Positions 28,221-40,894 of a stretch of DNA of 64,000 bases are shown here, piece by piece. This DNA comes from Octopus bimaculoides (taxonomy: Eukaryota). The stretch lies in assembly GCF_001194135.2 (NCBI RefSeq), contig NC_069006.1, positions 25,693,119-25,757,118 on the forward strand. The letters are read 5' to 3'. The first letter of the stretch is position 1. The number at the start of each line of letters is the position of its first letter. The notes beneath the pieces are model-generated. The model was given only the letters and a program-made list of their open reading frames with translations, did no database searches and was not told where the DNA came from. A program made the translations under genes and the position numbers.

Positions 28221-28226
28221 TTTATT
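28221..28226 (-). terminator. Poly(A) signal AATAAA of the VWA3B-like gene
   Basis: AATAAA on the minus strand about 107 nt after the stop, followed by a U/GU-rich tract (tttcttttg...tgtctgttggttttt). Confidence 0.65.
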
Positions 28227-28332
28227 GAAATCATATTTCATGTTAGCTCATAAAATTTTTTTTAATTAAAAATTTTTTTTCATTAAATTACATTTTCAAA
28301 TTTAAAATATTTCCAAACTTTTAATGTTGCTG

Positions 28333-28531
28333 TTATTTTGCTTCCGAAGAATTCTCTGCGAGTTGATGACTTCGAAGACTTTTAGCAAGGTTAAGATATT
28401 TAAAACCTTGTTCAATTTCTCTTTCAAGAAGGATAATGTCGTCTTTAGCCAAGGGCCAACCTGCTTCATGCAAGGCATGAAGTAAACGGGGCTTGTTGCT
28501 TAGATACGAGACTGGAGAATCACTTTGAAAC
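28333..28531 (-). CDS. VWA3B: VWA3B-like terminal coding exon 20 (RFQSDSPVSYLSNKPRLLHALHEAGWPLAKDDIILLEREIEQGFKYL...SSEAK*)
   Basis: ctccag| acceptor, phase 2. P..YL.NK..L..AL....WP......LE.EI..G..Y pattern. In-frame TAA at 28335-28333. Confidence 0.88.
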
Positions 28532-28699
28532 CTGGAGAAATAATATTAAAAAAAAAAAAGGTTCAATAAGTATTTTGGGAAACTAAAAATAAAATGGTAA
28601 AATTTTGGTGGTAAGATTATTTTGGAAAACATGATTATAATTCTTGGTTAGGCGTGAGACCAAAATCCAAAATTGGGTTGTAACAGTCATTTGTAAACC

Positions 28700-29345
28700 C
28701 TTCCACCCCACTCCTGCAACCCATCACTGCTCTGGACCCTTTCTTTCCTGTTCTCCCCCTGCCAACTGTATCATTACTATCCTATCATGACCCCTATGTA
28801 CCTATGTTTCACCACTTACTGCATTCCCCACTTTCTCTCCTCTCTCCCCCTTTGTACTTTTCTGAACTCCGTACTCTTGTACTCTGGGCAATCTTCTACC
28901 ATTTCTTTTATATCCATCTCCTTGTGCCCTGAGAGTATGCCCTGGCACATTGCCACCACTTCTCTCTCTCTCTCTCTCCTAGCCTCCGACTAGGGTAGCC
29001 ATGTATATTCTCTACAGTAGGACACCTGTTCCTGTCCCAATGTTATATTTTAACTTCTCATCACTTGGCACAAAGCCACCTCCACCAGTACCACTCCCCT
29101 CTCTCAGTTGAGGGATAACTTGTCTTGTAAGTTACTTGGTGACTTTGCCAGCACTGGTACCATGTAAAAAGCACCCACTCCACTCTGTAAAGGGGTTGGC
29201 ATGGAGAAGGGCATCCAACCGTAGAAACCATGCTGAAACAGACAGTGAAACTTGGTGCATTCCTCTATCTTGCCAACTCATGTCAAACCGTCCAACACAT
29301 GCCAGCATGGAAAACAGACATTATACAATGATGACGATGATAATG
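28700..29345 (+). mobile_element. RTE-derived non-autonomous element, longer copy, in VWA3B intron 19
   Basis: aaaaagcaccc...aagggcatccaaccgtagaaacc...ccgtccaacacatgccagcatggaaaacagac-(gat)n tail. The left boundary is approximate. Confidence 0.6.
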
Positions 29346-29388
29346 ATTCATTACACACACCCACACACACATATAATATATATATGTA

Positions 29389-29444
<56 letters not shown>

Positions 29445-29492
29445 TGTATGTATGTATGTATGTATGTATGTATGTATGTATGTATGTATGTA

Positions 29493-29534
<42 letters not shown>

Positions 29535-29632
29535 TATATAGTTGAAATTAAAAAAAAAAATAAAAGATGAAGACAGGTGTATGAACAACAAACAAATGTA
29601 TTAGTTTGAAGCTTGGGAAAATTAAAAAGTCT

Positions 29633-29752
29633 TACGTTTTGAGCCTACGTAATGTATGTATGTATGTATGTATGTATGTGTGTATGTATGTATGTATGTA
29701 TGTATGTATGTATGTATGTGTGTGTGTATGTATGTATGTATGTATGTATGTA

Positions 29753-29785
<33 letters not shown>

Positions 29786-29915
29786 ATGTGTGTATGTGCG
29801 TATGTGTGTATGTATGTATGTATGTATGTGTGTGTGTATGTATGTATGTGTGTATGTATGTATCTATGTATGTGTGTGTGTGTATACTTACATACATACA
29901 TATATATATATATAT
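29633..29915. repeat. (TATG)n/(TG)n compound microsatellite
   Basis: Direct observation. Confidence 0.95.
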
Positions 29916-32589
29916 ATAAAATGGCGGCATAAGGAGGCTACGGAGGGGGTCATTTGACTCTGGAGCTATCCTCTTTAAAACGTGCTGAAAACCAGTGTTG
30001 AAACAAAAAAATTGATCCCTCTGCGTAAAATATACATGAAAGGTGTCCAGGACATGGAGATATTCCTTGAAATGGCTTTGTACTCGTTCGTTTCTCCTTC
30101 AATCAATTATATTGCTAAAGTGAAACTCAAACAGATGTCCGCAGTCTTGAACAACAATCGTCAAAATTGTCTTCTGTTAAGCGAGATTGAAGTTTGTTTT
30201 CGTTTTCTCCGACAGAAATATTAAGGTAAGACGAATTAATTTTAACTTTCACAAATATCTTATCCAAAATTTTTCTAAAGTTGATTATTCTAAGTCTTTT
30301 TATTCCAATTCTCAATCATTTTTCGGGACAAAAAAAGAAGTTTAAATACACCCCCTCCTCCCCGAGTTAAAATTTTTGGACTTTTTCGAAATTTTTTTCT
30401 CCAAAGACAGATTCCGAATATTCAAGAAACCCACGTTTTCAAAATTTTAAATTCAGTAAGCATATAGATATGTGTATAAAGAGATAAATAGATGTGAATG
30501 TCTTACTGGGGTTAAAAACGTCAGTAAAACCCGCCTTCTTCTTTTGGACCGCCACATTTAGTTGACAAATATATTTTATTAAATAAACGGACAGGACTAA
30601 ATGAGACAGACAAATAAATGGATGAAAAAGTTTCAGAATTTAAAATTGGAGAAGGGGGTGAAATTTGAGCCCCTATTAAACTTTATAACATTAATTATTA
30701 AGTATTAATGTTTGTTTCTCATCAAATGGTTCTTATGGGGTTGTGGTGTATATTTAATTTACATTCAATTATTATTTACGATTATTTAAGGCAAACACAA
30801 GTAAAACGTAAATTCTTTTCACTTTAATGTTTTTGTCTGTATTTAATTTCGATTTGCATGTTTTCCTCAATTCGCTTCGATCTCTTTTAAAGTAAACAAA
30901 ATCAAAAACTTAAATGGGGGGGGGGGGGGTGAAATTAAAAAAAAGTTTTCTTCTTTGCATTTACGTAATCTCCGACATCCAAAAAATGCATTTTTCAAGG
31001 AGAGGTGCGAAACTGCATTAGTCTTTCTTGCTTGCATAACCTACACGTTCCTTGCTAATATTTACCATTTATTACTTCCATTCCTTTTGGCACTGAGCGA
31101 TGTCATTCCTTTTCTCCTTTCTTTCTTCCACTCTCTCTTCTTAAACTTTCCTAGTGTTAAACAAATATTTTTTCTTTCCCTAAACCTTGTCTCTTTTCTC
31201 TTTCTGAACGTTTCTAGTTATATATTTAGATTCTGGAACCTAATTAAAGCTCACCATTTAGAGTCGTCTTAGCGCTTAGCGATACCATTCGCGACCATTT
31301 CCTCTCTTTCTTCTACTTTGTTATAAACCTCCTTATTTCTTCCCTTCGGACTTAAAAATAACTATTTTGTTTGGACCCCCATAAAGTCCATTACCTCTTT
31401 TTTGATCGAACGTCCTTAAAACTCATACCTCAATTCCTTTTTTTTTTTTTAGCAATTAGCGATACCACTCTGCTTCTCTTCTTAAACTTTCCTAGAGTTA
31501 AAGATTTCTCGATTCTCTCCTTAAACTTTCTCTATCTCTGGACGTTCCTAAAGTTATGTATTTCGCTTTACTCTATACATATGTCTGTATACACCATCTA
31601 CACTCTTTCTTTCGTTTTCTCTCCTTACACTTTCTCCTTCTGGACCCATTTCCACCTTTCTCTCTCTCTCTGAACTTCCGTAAAGTTGCACATTATTTAG
31701 ATTTTCTTACATTCTCTCCTTAGACATTCTTTCTCTCTCCCGTTCTCCCTGGGAGATTTTTGGCCCCTACGTAAAGTACACTATTTTAGGATCATCTACG
31801 ATACCTTTTTCTCTCTCTTTCTCCCACCCCATTATAGATCACCTTATTTCTCTCCTACACATAATGACACCACTTGTTTCAGACTCCTTATCTCATATTC
31901 CATCTCTCATTGAACTTTTCTTTCTCTGTCTCCTCGACACAAACTTCCATATCACTCTCGCATACTCCCTATTACTCTCTCTCTCTGAACATTTCCTCTC
32001 TCTCTCTCTGAACATTTCCTCTCTCTCTCTCTCTCTCTCTCTTCTTTATTCAATAAAAATCAAAGGTAGAACAGAAACAAAAAAATAACATGTATATGTA
32101 TATATATATATGCATACACACACACACACGTGTGTGTGTGTGTGTGTGTGTGTGTAATGTTCTTATGGCAGAAAATTGTCTTCAAGAGAGAAAAAAAGAC
32201 CTAACAGTAAGTTCTGTGAATGATAAAAGTAATTAAATAAATAGATATAGATGTAGTTTCATATTGAGATTGCTGCTTCTGTGTCTTTACATTCTCTGAA
32301 GCTAAATCCACATGACCATTCCAACAGACAGACTAACCGTACAACCGTCATCATATTTATAAATATTTGGTGTATATCTCTAGAATTCCAATACCTTCTG
32401 GTCTCCAGTCTTTGATATGCACCGAATTTTGTCCAGCAGTTACTGAGATGTCTTACCTGTAATGAGTTGGATGATTACAGGTAAGTTAAGCATCAAAGAT
32501 CATTCCAGTATGTTATGCCAACAGACAGAAAAGTTTCAAAACTTTTCTTGAGTTCACACACACACATTTGTAGATGTATGTTTGTCAAG

Positions 32590-32633
<44 letters not shown>

Positions 32634-32895
32634 ATTTATGTATATATATATATATAAATAAAGTATGTATGTATGTGTATATATATAAAGTATTTATGTG
32701 TATATATATATAATGTTTTGTGTCCATTATGGAAAAAGACTTAATATTCATTATTGCCCAGGAGGTCCATTGGTGGTTTTGTCATATTGTTGTCTTGATG
32801 GTGATGCTGTTGTTGTTGCTTTGGTAGTGGTGGTGGCAGTGGTGGAGCAACGGCAGTGGTGGTGATGGTGGCAGTAGTGTGTATGTATCTGTGTG

Positions 32896-32931
<36 letters not shown>

Positions 32932-33321
32932 NNNNNNNNNNAGCGAGAGATTGGGGCAAGCTAATCCGTGTCTGCAGGAATTGGGTAAGAAATACCAGTT
33001 TCAAATTTTGGAACATGGTCAGTAATATCAAAGGAGGATGTAAGTAAATTACACCAACCCAGTATTTAACTGGTACTTATTTTATCAATCCCGAAGGACG
33101 AAAGGAAAAGCTGACCATAGCAAACTCCTGTAAGAAACATTAAATATGGAAGGTGTTAGCGGCATACTACAATGCCAAGAGAAGAAGGGACGTCTAAATA
33201 TTGAACATTAGAAATATGTTTGTGTGTTTAGTGAAGCAGTTTGGTTAATGTTTCTGTGGATTGGAAACCCATGAAAATGGTGTGGATGACTGAGAAGCAG
33301 AGAGAAATACAAAGAACTCAC

Positions 33322-33372
33322 CGTGTCTTTGAGCTTTCTGGCAGGGCATTCCATATTGCAGCATCAAGGTAA
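33322..33372 (-). CDS. VWA3B: VWA3B-like exon 19 (NYLDAAIWNALPESSKT)
   Basis: ataaag| acceptor, CG|gtgagt donor, 51 nt, phase 2 to 2. IWNAL resembles recalled VWRAL. Confidence 0.85.
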
Positions 33373-33428
33373 CTTTATAAAGAAAGATACAAAAATATAT
33401 TCTTGTGGTTGATGTGAACAGATCATAA

Positions 33429-33459
<31 letters not shown>

Positions 33460-34645
33460 CGCACACACGATGAAAGAAGTGATGAGGTTTGGTTAAAATG
33501 TTAGAGACACGCTAAAGGAAATTGTTCACTTGGACTCTTGGGGAGAGAGAGAGAGATGTTCTGAATAAGTGGATTAGAACTGACCAACATCTGCTTAAGT
33601 TATAGTAGCAATCATGCACATTTAGTGTGTGGGGTCACTATAGTAGCGGCAGGCAGCAAAGTTTCGCATGGTTGATGGAGTTGACAGATAACTAACAAGA
33701 CATCATTTGAACACAGTAAACATCTTTGTGATTCTATGGCAGCCATAATGGACCCAATTCTGCTAATTAGACATAAAAGGGATAGTTATTCTCTATGAAT
33801 GTATTCAACTTTTCTGTAGAGCTTCAATTAGTCCTTTCGTTACCTCATAGATGCCATTCCTTAGGCTAAACTAATCAACTGAATTTCGTCTTTAGATCCC
33901 AGCAGGAGCTGTAGCATTTCCTTGAATACCAAAGTTCTTCAAGTTCTGGAGATCATATTGGTTTAAAGAATGTAAAGAAAAATAACGATCTGATATGTCT
34001 ATGCAAGAAATTAAGTTAATACTATTCCAAGAGGACAGTCACCATTTTGATATACGTCAAAGAATTAGTCAACGTCTGTCTTTGGAATATTTTATTTATT
34101 TGTTGGTTGGCTGGATTCTTTAAAATAATTTACTTTTGAAAAACTAAAATTTACCATTTTTTTTTCTTAAAAAAAAAAAAAGAGACTTTTTTGTATTCTT
34201 CAACTACGACTTCACCTAAACTTTACCATTTCCTCTTAGAATGGTGTCTTTTAATCTTCTGTCAGTAAATGTATCCATTGCAGCAGACACAGCTAGAACT
34301 TTTTGTAGATTGTGTTTCCTTTCTTCTCTTTTCTTTTTTTGTTGAGTTAGAGGAACAATGTTCATAATTTGTGTGGATTCTAAAAAAATAATAATCAGGA
34401 GCTAAAGATGGTAATTAAAGTCTAAGGAATTTTGGGGATTGGAATCCATGGGAGGGACTGGAATTCCATAAGGTACCTGTGTTCATTTTGAATACAGTTA
34501 CTCTATGCAAAGTTTGACATTTGTATGAAAGGTTTTGTGAAAGGCCCTAACCACTAAGCCACACACTTTCACATACATAAATATATATATATACACACAC
34601 ACACACACAAACTTTAGCCAATGCCAAAAAGGAATAAAATCTTAC

Positions 34646-34767
34646 TTTGTGTATAAGTGTATGGCTTTTGCAAGTTCCTCTTCATAATCTGCAAGGTCCA
34701 CAGCACCAGGGTTTACCAAATTCATTTCCATTCCTTTCTCTTCCAGTAAATAAGCGAAAGGGAAGAC
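34646..34767 (-). CDS. VWA3B: VWA3B-like exon 18 (VFPFAYLLEEKGMEMNLVNPGAVDLADYEEELAKAIHLYT)
   Basis: gcttag| acceptor, AA|gtaaga donor, phase 0 to 2. Confidence 0.9.
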
Positions 34768-35363
34768 CTAAGCAAAAGATACAATGTTTCTGATAGCTTA
34801 GGCATTTCTTCAAAGATGGGTTAGATGTGTTTGCAAAGTTTGTATAGAACATTATGTTATTGATAGTGTTAATGGTAAAAATGGATTAGATAGATCTGCA
34901 AAGTCTCTAAAATATTGGTTTCAAATTTTGGCACAAGGCCAGCAATTTTGGAGGATGGGGTAAGCTGATTACATGAACCCCAGAATTCAACTGAGGCTCA
35001 TATTGACCCCTAAAAGGATGAAAAGCAAAGTCGACATAGGTGGAATTTGATCTCAGAACATTTTGGAAGTTGACAATATTATATACAATTTTGTGCATTA
35101 AAATTCTACCAGATGCCACAAAGTTTGGAACATGCCCCCCACCCAAGTTCTTCCTTTCATATACGATAGTATATCTCTCTCTTTCGTGTTCAAGGGAGTA
35201 AAGATGCAGAGCTTTTGGATGTTCCCAGTAGTTAAGTTGTTGAGATATCTGTATGCTAGTTGCAAGATATATCACCATCATTAAATGTTCTTTGCAACCC
35301 TTCAATATTTCTTCTATGAGACTGGAAGAGTTTGGAGAACAACATTGACATGGCATTGCTTAC

Positions 35364-35526
35364 CTCTTTAAAAACCCTTGTCAGGGCATGTTTGTTGAGT
35401 ACAGGGATGTATTTGGCTCCATGTGGGATACATGTGGAAGAGAGAACATCAAGCAGAGACAATTTCTTTCTTCTGAGGCTGTTATGTCTCAACCATTCTT
35501 TTATAATGGATCTTGGCTTTTTCTCT
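35364..35526 (-). CDS. VWA3B: VWA3B-like exon 17 (REKKPRSIIKEWLRHNSLRRKKLSLLDVLSSTCIPHGAKYIPVLNKHALTRVFKE)
   Basis: tttcag| acceptor, GAG|gtaagc donor, phase 2 to 0. Resembles recalled KLTLMDAL...PHSSTYVPVLDKHVVSKVFDE. Confidence 0.92.
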
Positions 35527-36116
35527 CTGAAAAATCATGATAATAACGGAATCGGTAAGTGAAGAACCATAGCTTGAAAAGTCAGTGGGTGCACAACAAC
35601 AACAACAAACACTATCTGTCCCCTCCTCATCCATTCCTTTGTATTGCTAAACCCTATCCCTTGTGGCAATGGTTCCCAAACATTTTCAGGCTGCTACTCG
35701 GACCTCAATTCTAGCGCCCCCCCTCCACCACTCACCACCACAAACATAGACCGTTTCCTGCAATAAAACTTAACCTAACTAATCCTTTATTCTTGTTTGT
35801 TTTTATATCCTTCGTCCCCGTTTACATCCCCCCATTATTACCCCCTTTTGGCCACCCAAATTACTGCCCTCATTTGGCCACTTTATTATTGTCCCTTTTT
35901 GGCCACCCCATTATCACTCCACTTTTCTTCAATGCCCCCCTGAATCCTTCCACCACCCCTGGGGCAGGGGTAGTGAAAATGAGACGGTCTTCATAAATAT
36001 AATGATATCAAAGAAGTTTAAAAAGGCTTTGCAAAGGTCACTTCCTGTGATAATGACCTAATAACGACCTCAAGAGTGGTCAAAGTTTATACATTTCGTA
36101 ACTGACCATTACTTAC

Positions 36117-36174
36117 CTCAATATCAATGGTGGTCTGGGGCACACAGGATAGCTGTTTGCTTTGCTTTCAGCTT
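36117..36174 (-). CDS. VWA3B: VWA3B-like exon 16 (KAESKANSYPVCPRPPLIL)
   Basis: ttacag| acceptor, AG|gtaagt donor. This 58-nt exon supplies the phase 1 to 2 change needed between exons 15 and 17. Confidence 0.75.
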
Positions 36175-36455
36175 CTGTAAAAGAATGAGGTTGAGGTTTA
36201 GACAATCTTGTTCTTCTTCTTGTTATTGTATGATGATGGTGGTGGTGGTGGTGGAATTATTGCAGATGATTTCACTGTTGTATGGTTGTGGCAGCAGCAG
36301 TGATGGTGATGGTTGTGGTGGTGGTGGTGGACGTGGTTTTGGAGATAGTAGTTATTTCATATGGTTTCACTGTTGTTGATGTTTATGATAATGTCTTTCC
36401 AGTCATGACCATCCTCATGTATGTTATTGTATGTCTAAAACCACACCATCTAGTT

Positions 36456-36700
36456 CAGTGGTTCCCAATGATTTTTCACCGATGGACCCCTTTTAATCCC
36501 CATTTTACTCTGTCGGACCCCTCATAGCCATTTGATGCTTTGCAAAAACCCCATTACATTTTTATGATTAAATATTATTGGGAATTGTAAAAAAAAAAAA
36601 AAAATTATTTTGTATTTTGTAGAAATATAACCAGTTTGTTTATTGCCCCTAAATTTTTGCAGCAAAATCTTTTGTAGACCCTTAAGGGTCATAAGGAGCG
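36456..36700. mobile_element. hAT-type MITE fragment (CAGTGGTTC terminus); related piece at 26600-26668
   Basis: cagtggttcccaa / cagtggttctcaacc ends, as in hAT-Charlie/MER-type elements, with shared internal tggacccc. Confidence 0.5.
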
Positions 36701-36791
36701 CCCGACATGATTCTGGACAAATATATAAAAACACTACGCTCATTATTACACCAATGTGAAGAATGTAGAATATTCTGTGAGTGAGGCTTAC

Positions 36792-36872
36792 TTTTTTCTT
36801 GAGTCTCTCTGCTTGTTGGTCTACTCCCCTTCTTTTTGTTCTTAAGCCTGAGGTAACTGGTCTTTGTTGAAC
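36792..36872 (-). CDS. VWA3B: VWA3B-like exon 15 (GSTKTSYLRLKNKKKGSRPTSRETQEK)
   Basis: tttcag| acceptor, A|gtaagc donor, phase 1 to 1. STKTS.LR motif. Confidence 0.85.
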
Positions 36873-37297
36873 CTGAAATAATATACAGAGAGAGATAAGG
36901 CTGTAGACTCTCAGAATGGTTAGCATGGCAGGCAAAATGCTTAGTGGCATTTCAACTGTCTTTATGTTCTGAGTACAAAATGAGTTGTGTTTGTCATTCA
37001 AGAGGACCCAGCCTTGTCACATTCTGTTTCACACTGAATCTTCCTGTGAACTACATTAAGGAAACACATGTCTGTGGAGTCCTCAGCCACTTACATGTTA
37101 ATTTCATGAGCAGGCTGTTCTGTTGATTGGATCAGTTGGAACCCTCATCATCATAGGATAACCCAATCACCATTCCTCTAAACTACAATTAGAACTCTGC
37201 CTCTAATTTAGGGAGAAAGTTAATTGTGTCCTTTTAAATAATTACTTTAAAACAATAAAGAAAATATTTTAAGACAGGGAAGGAATTTTGTTCTTAC

Positions 37298-37506
37298 CAG
37301 CAAAGAGAATGTTTTTCTGTTGTGGGGGAAATTTGTGAGATTTTTCTTTGTAGTAAAAGGATTCTGGATTCTTCTGGAAAGAATAACATTTCCTTGGAAT
37401 TGAATAAGTTGGTACAGGAGATTCCAATTGAACCACTGATTGATAAGTACCTTTGGAAGAAAGATCTGAAGAAGCGGAACCCTCACACGACAGGAAAGAA
37501 TTATTT
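37298..37506 (-). CDS. VWA3B: VWA3B-like exon 14 (NNSFLSCEG...PPQQKNILFA), low-conservation linker
   Basis: ttacag| acceptor, G|gtaaga donor, phase 2 to 1. Open frame that joins exon 15 to give ILFAGSTKTS. Confidence 0.8.
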
Positions 37507-37890
37507 CTGTAAGACAAAGGATCACCATTAGTATTCGTTGGTAAACAGCAAAAGTTTTTTTCTTTCACAGCAACGTGACATTTTGGTTATTAAGGATAAC
37601 TTACCAAGAAAGCAGCAGAATTGTTTTCAGGCAAAATTCTTAGTGAATTCTTAGTGAATCCCAAAGAATCCCTCTCAACACGTAGCTATATACTCCAAAC
37701 TAATTATATGCAGAGTTCTTTATTATATTAGGTAGATTATATATACATCATTATACATTATTATGTGTAATGTAAAGACTCAATTATGAAAAATAAAAAC
37801 TAATGAAAAATATTGCTTACAAAAGAATTTGCCATGGTAATAATTTGTTATTTCAATGGCAGAAGAAAATATAAACAGGTGCTTTCTTAC

Positions 37891-38024
37891 ATTTTATTGT
37901 CCTTTATGCGACTGATTTCTTTCTTCCAAACTGCAGTGGTGCAGTGGTTCCTAAGTTTTGACATGAAATCCAAATTCTTAGAAGCTTCTTTTAGTTCTTC
38001 TTCTAATAAACGCTGATCATCGCT
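37891..38024 (-). CDS. VWA3B: VWA3B-like exon 13 (SDDQRLLEEELKEASKNLDFMSKLR...)
   Basis: aatcag| acceptor, AT|gtaaga donor, phase 0 to 2. Acidic helix resembling recalled EDLTLLVKEMEQG. Confidence 0.85.
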
Positions 38025-38474
38025 CTGATTTTGGAACAAATAAGGAACGAGACCAAAAACTGAGTAAAAGTATATATATAATGGTACCTCTGTGATAAAT
38101 TATATACAATGGTAACCATATAGTACATTATAGTATATTTAATACGTACAGTATAAAATAGTGTATGTAATGCTAACTATATATATTACATTTTATTTAG
38201 TAAAAACTACACTGGGTGCTTTTGGAGTTCCACTCTGTTGTCATTCATTTTAACACCACCAGATGGTCCTTGGGTACTTTTAGACAAATCCACCCTGTTG
38301 CTAATGTGCCAGCTAAGTTTCTTGTTTGAGGATAACTTCTTCTATTCTTCCTGTCAGCATCAGTTAAAATAATCAAAGCTAAGCAGGTCTAAACAGCACT
38401 AACAACAACAACAACAATTATGGCAGTAATTAAAACAATTATGAAATGGAGGCTGTAAATTAATTGTACTTTAC

Positions 38475-38660
38475 CTTCCAACAATGTGGTTGACATATAT
38501 GAGGGCCAGTGTTACAATTATAATGATGGTAACGACCATCTGTTAATTGAGCAAGTTGACAGAGAAACTCATTAGCTTCCACATCATTACAGTTGAATGA
38601 AACTGTGTGCACTGGAATTGTGGGATACATATCCACCTGAGACAGAAGAAGTTTGGCTGG
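38475..38660 (-). CDS. VWA3B: VWA3B-like exon 12 (PAKLLLSQV...IPVHTVSFNCNDVEANEFLCQLAQLTDGRYHHY...)
   Basis: ttccag| acceptor, AAG|gtaaag donor, phase 0 to 0. VWA C-terminal motif. Confidence 0.93.
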
Positions 38661-40022
38661 CTGGAACATGGAGATTAAAGGAAGTCAATTAGTTGGTTGG
38701 TTAACTAGCTAACCAATTGACAAATAATAATAATAAAGAAGTGATGGTGAACCAGTGCATGTATATATCATTTTTGTTGGCATAATGACCCTCCCAAGAC
38801 ACATCGAAATCTGGGTGTGTTTACATCCACATAACTTAGCAGTTTGGCGAAAGAAACCAATAGAATAAGTACCAGGTTTTCAAAAAGAAGTCCTGGGGTC
38901 GATTTGTTTCACTAGAAATTCCTCAGTGTGGTGCTCCAGCATGGCCACAGTTTAATGACTGAACCAAGTAAAAGACAAGATAAGCGAAAAATATAAACAT
39001 GCATACATATGCATGTGTGTGTGTGTGTGCATGAGTGTGTGTGTGCATGAGTGTGTGTGTACGTGTGTGCATGTCTGTGTGTGTGTGTGTGAACATGTTT
39101 ATATGCATGAGTATTTATGTGTGTGTGTGTATGAGTGTACATATACACATGTATATACACGTATTTGTGTAAGTTTGAGAGTTGTGCATGCATGTGTATG
39201 TGAGAGAGAGAGAGAGAGAGTGCGTGTGTGTGTGTGTGAGTGTAACTGTAGGTATGTGTACAGCAGCCCTTCAAAAAAAAAAAAAACCCAGAGAGCATCC
39301 AACCTTACATTCACATAACATTCGAACAATTTGCCCCAAATTATCAAATATGAACTCAAACACTGAACAGAAACACTTTGTCATTCACTGAAGCCAACTT
39401 TAATGTGACCTCAGGGTGGTATGGCAATACATCCGATAACCATTAACAGTCATCTTTAAAAGATTATGTAAGATACCAGTGATCTGGTACAAACCACCAT
39501 ATGACATTACTATTCAAACCAATTTTACAAAAACGTTTTATTTTCCGACAATATATTCTCAAACGGCCACAAAATTACACAAAACAAAAACAGAAAGATG
39601 AACTGCACGTGGAATGGGTCTAGGGCCATTAAAAATCACAATGGAAAATGTTGCAAATAAACCGAGAGCAGAATTGAATTGACATGCAGTTGCCATTGTG
39701 TAGCTTTGTTTTATATTGATATTCTACCTTTTCTACTTCACAGGCTCTTGTGAGTCAAACACACACACACACACGCACACATATGATAATATAATATGAT
39801 ATACATGCACACATGCGTGATATGATATTACGAGAACTTGGTATGAAGCTTAAAATTCATGAGAGTTAAACAAAGAGGAAGAAGGTGTTTAAGCAAGACA
39901 GAGAGAGAGAGGGAGAGAGAGAGAGATAGTGAGAGGGAGAGATATGCATATATGTATGTGTTTGTGTGTATATATGTGCCATCAGTGGATTATATATCCC
40001 CAAAGGAAGCACACTCTAAACA

Positions 40023-40111
<89 letters not shown>

Positions 40112-40178
40112 CATACAGAGAGACAAATCACTCTCTCTTTCTCTTTATATATGTGTGTGTATATACATACATACACAC

Positions 40179-40218
<40 letters not shown>

Positions 40219-40682
40219 CAGAGAGAGAGCGAGAGAGAAAGAAAGACAATGGGAAATAGGTAGATTGGTAGGTATGTAGAGATGGAGAGAGAGAAAAGTG
40301 TATGATTCAGAGCAAAGAAGAAAGAATGAGTGAGGCTTTGGAACTGAAATAGAAGGAGAGAGGGAAAGAGAGAGAGAGAGAGAGGGGGGGGGGCTGTCCA
40401 AGCGTCTGTCATAATTCCAATATTCGTCTTGAAGAGATGATGAGATCAGCAATCCCAGCAAAGATTTCCTCATTGTTCTTCTCTTTTTCTCTCGAAATAT
40501 TAATTACATTTGTTGATTAATTACAATTCTTAAAAATAACGAGAAACGTAAGATTAATGAAAGTGGTACTTTTTGACATGTATGCATACGTAACTACATG
40601 TGTGTGTGTGTGTGAACGTGTATAGTAGAACAGACATTTCTTAATATTTTAATTACCTTATTTCGAAAGTCATTTCGGATTC

Positions 40683-40715
<33 letters not shown>

Positions 40716-40862
40716 ACATGTCAGTGCATCTGTGTGCGTGAGTCTTTGTGTAAGTGTGTGTCTCTGTACGTAGGTCTGTTTGCTTGTGCACAAATCTATA
40801 TTTGCATGTATGTGTTGAATGTAGTCATCAGTGAGTGTGCATGTGTATGTGATTGTGTGACT

Positions 40863-40894
<32 letters not shown>

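Noticed and set aside
28320-28335. Stop-codon readthrough by editing to extend VWA3B
   Set aside because: A second in-frame TAA follows four codons later.
37604-37686. Possible extra VWA3B exon ending at strong donor TTG|gtaagt
   Set aside because: In the required phase it has an internal stop and would create TGA at the junction. Exons 13 and 14 join in frame without it.
40435-40506. ttgaagag...ctcgaaatatt
   Set aside because: No stem I pairing and a weak stem II.
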